Source: Felis catus (Eukaryota). Taken from it: 64,000 nt of DNA. A program made the translations under genes and the position numbers. Below the pieces are notes generated by a model. It did no database searches. It saw only the letters and a list, made by a program, of their open reading frames with translations, and had not been told where the DNA came from. The stretch covers positions 26,662,001 to 26,726,000 of the forward strand of contig NC_058368.1 of assembly GCF_018350175.1 (NCBI RefSeq), in the 5' to 3' direction. This document shows positions 63,094 through 64,000 of this stretch, in pieces; positions within the stretch are counted from its first letter, which is position 1, and every line of letters begins with the position of its first letter.

Positions 63094-64000
63094 GGAGGTG
63101 AATCTTCCAGCTCCCTAAATCAATGACTATACAATTAATTAGAGTTAAAAGGAGGCAAAGCTCTGAGGACAGGGATTTCACAAACAACTCCCAACAGCCG
63201 GATTAAAAGATTGGATTTAACCACAAATTGTTGTCCCCAGTCCCCTTCCTCGCCTCTGGTATAAGTACAGTTAACGCTCATAAAGGTTTTACAAGTGAAG
63301 CGTTGCCTTTCTTGGATAAAGATATCTGAATAAGAATGGTATTGATGCATAAAATTAACTCTTTGCCACCTACATTTAATAAAAGACATTAAATGTCCTT
63401 TATCTGGAATACGTGGGATAATTATTGTATGGACTACAACACAATAATTATTATAAAATATTATTATACAGTAATGCAATATAATAATTATTATTAAATA
63501 TTATAAACAGAACACATACAGGTCAGATTTGAGGAATACAAATATTTTAGATCCAAAAATGGTGAAGAGAAAAGAAGAGAAAAAATTAAATAAAACTCAA
63601 TTCAATAAAATGGAGAGGTTTGAAAAATTCTGTGCTGGTGTTTACTTCTAAATGTACTGTTCTATTGCATACTCCTGGCTTCTAAATTGTAAAAGAGTTA
63701 CAGTGATATGCTTTACCAAAAGTAACAATGGATCCACATTATAATAGCTTGAGCAAAGTGAGCTAATTTAATTAACTTGTCTATTATGTCCTAAACTATT
63801 AATGTTAAAATAATCCTATTCTGAATTAAAGGGCTGAGCAGCCTGTGGACATGGAACAGAGAAGATTCCTCTATTTTACTCAGTTCTCTTATTATTAGTT
63901 CTGAAGAAAATCATTGCAGCCACATTTCCAGGTCTCTCTCTCCTCATTACGGAAGAAATAATCACCTTATCCAGATCTGAAAAGCTGTCATACTTGTCAT

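Noticed and set aside
1..64000. CRISPR arrays, operons, tRNA/rRNA/snRNA genes, endogenous retroviral coding regions
   Set aside because: None seen; tRNA-like A/B boxes occur only as SINE heads and the LTRs are solo with no gag/pol/env

Overview
Vertebrate nuclear DNA from a cat-family (Felidae) genome, inferred from about 25 tRNA-derived Can-SINEs (several of the young feline SINEC_Fc type) and carnivore/feline L1 3' ends. The window looks intergenic or deep-intronic. I could not recognise any host protein-coding exon, structural RNA gene or processed pseudogene. The ORFs with recognisable homology are all decayed LINE-1 ORF1/ORF2 fragments or SINE read-throughs. Much of the window is nested mobile DNA: old L1M, L2, MIR, MaLR LTRs (MLT1B, MLT1D, MLT1J/K-like) and DNA-transposon MITEs (MER5A1, Tigger2a, MER33). 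I found no convincing novel biological system. The best leads are (1) high-information transcription-factor motifs in the repeat-poorer 52-64 kb segment (two RFX X-boxes, a CTCF core, a PBX-HOX site, an Ets+CArG element), (2) a Z-DNA-type tract abutting a 150-nt pure pyrimidine pentamer tract, and (3) retrotransposition oddities (tail-less SINEs, closely spaced inverted SINE pairs, a triplicated target site). Repeat subfamily names and boundaries were judged by eye from remembered consensus sequences and need RepeatMasker/Dfam confirmation.
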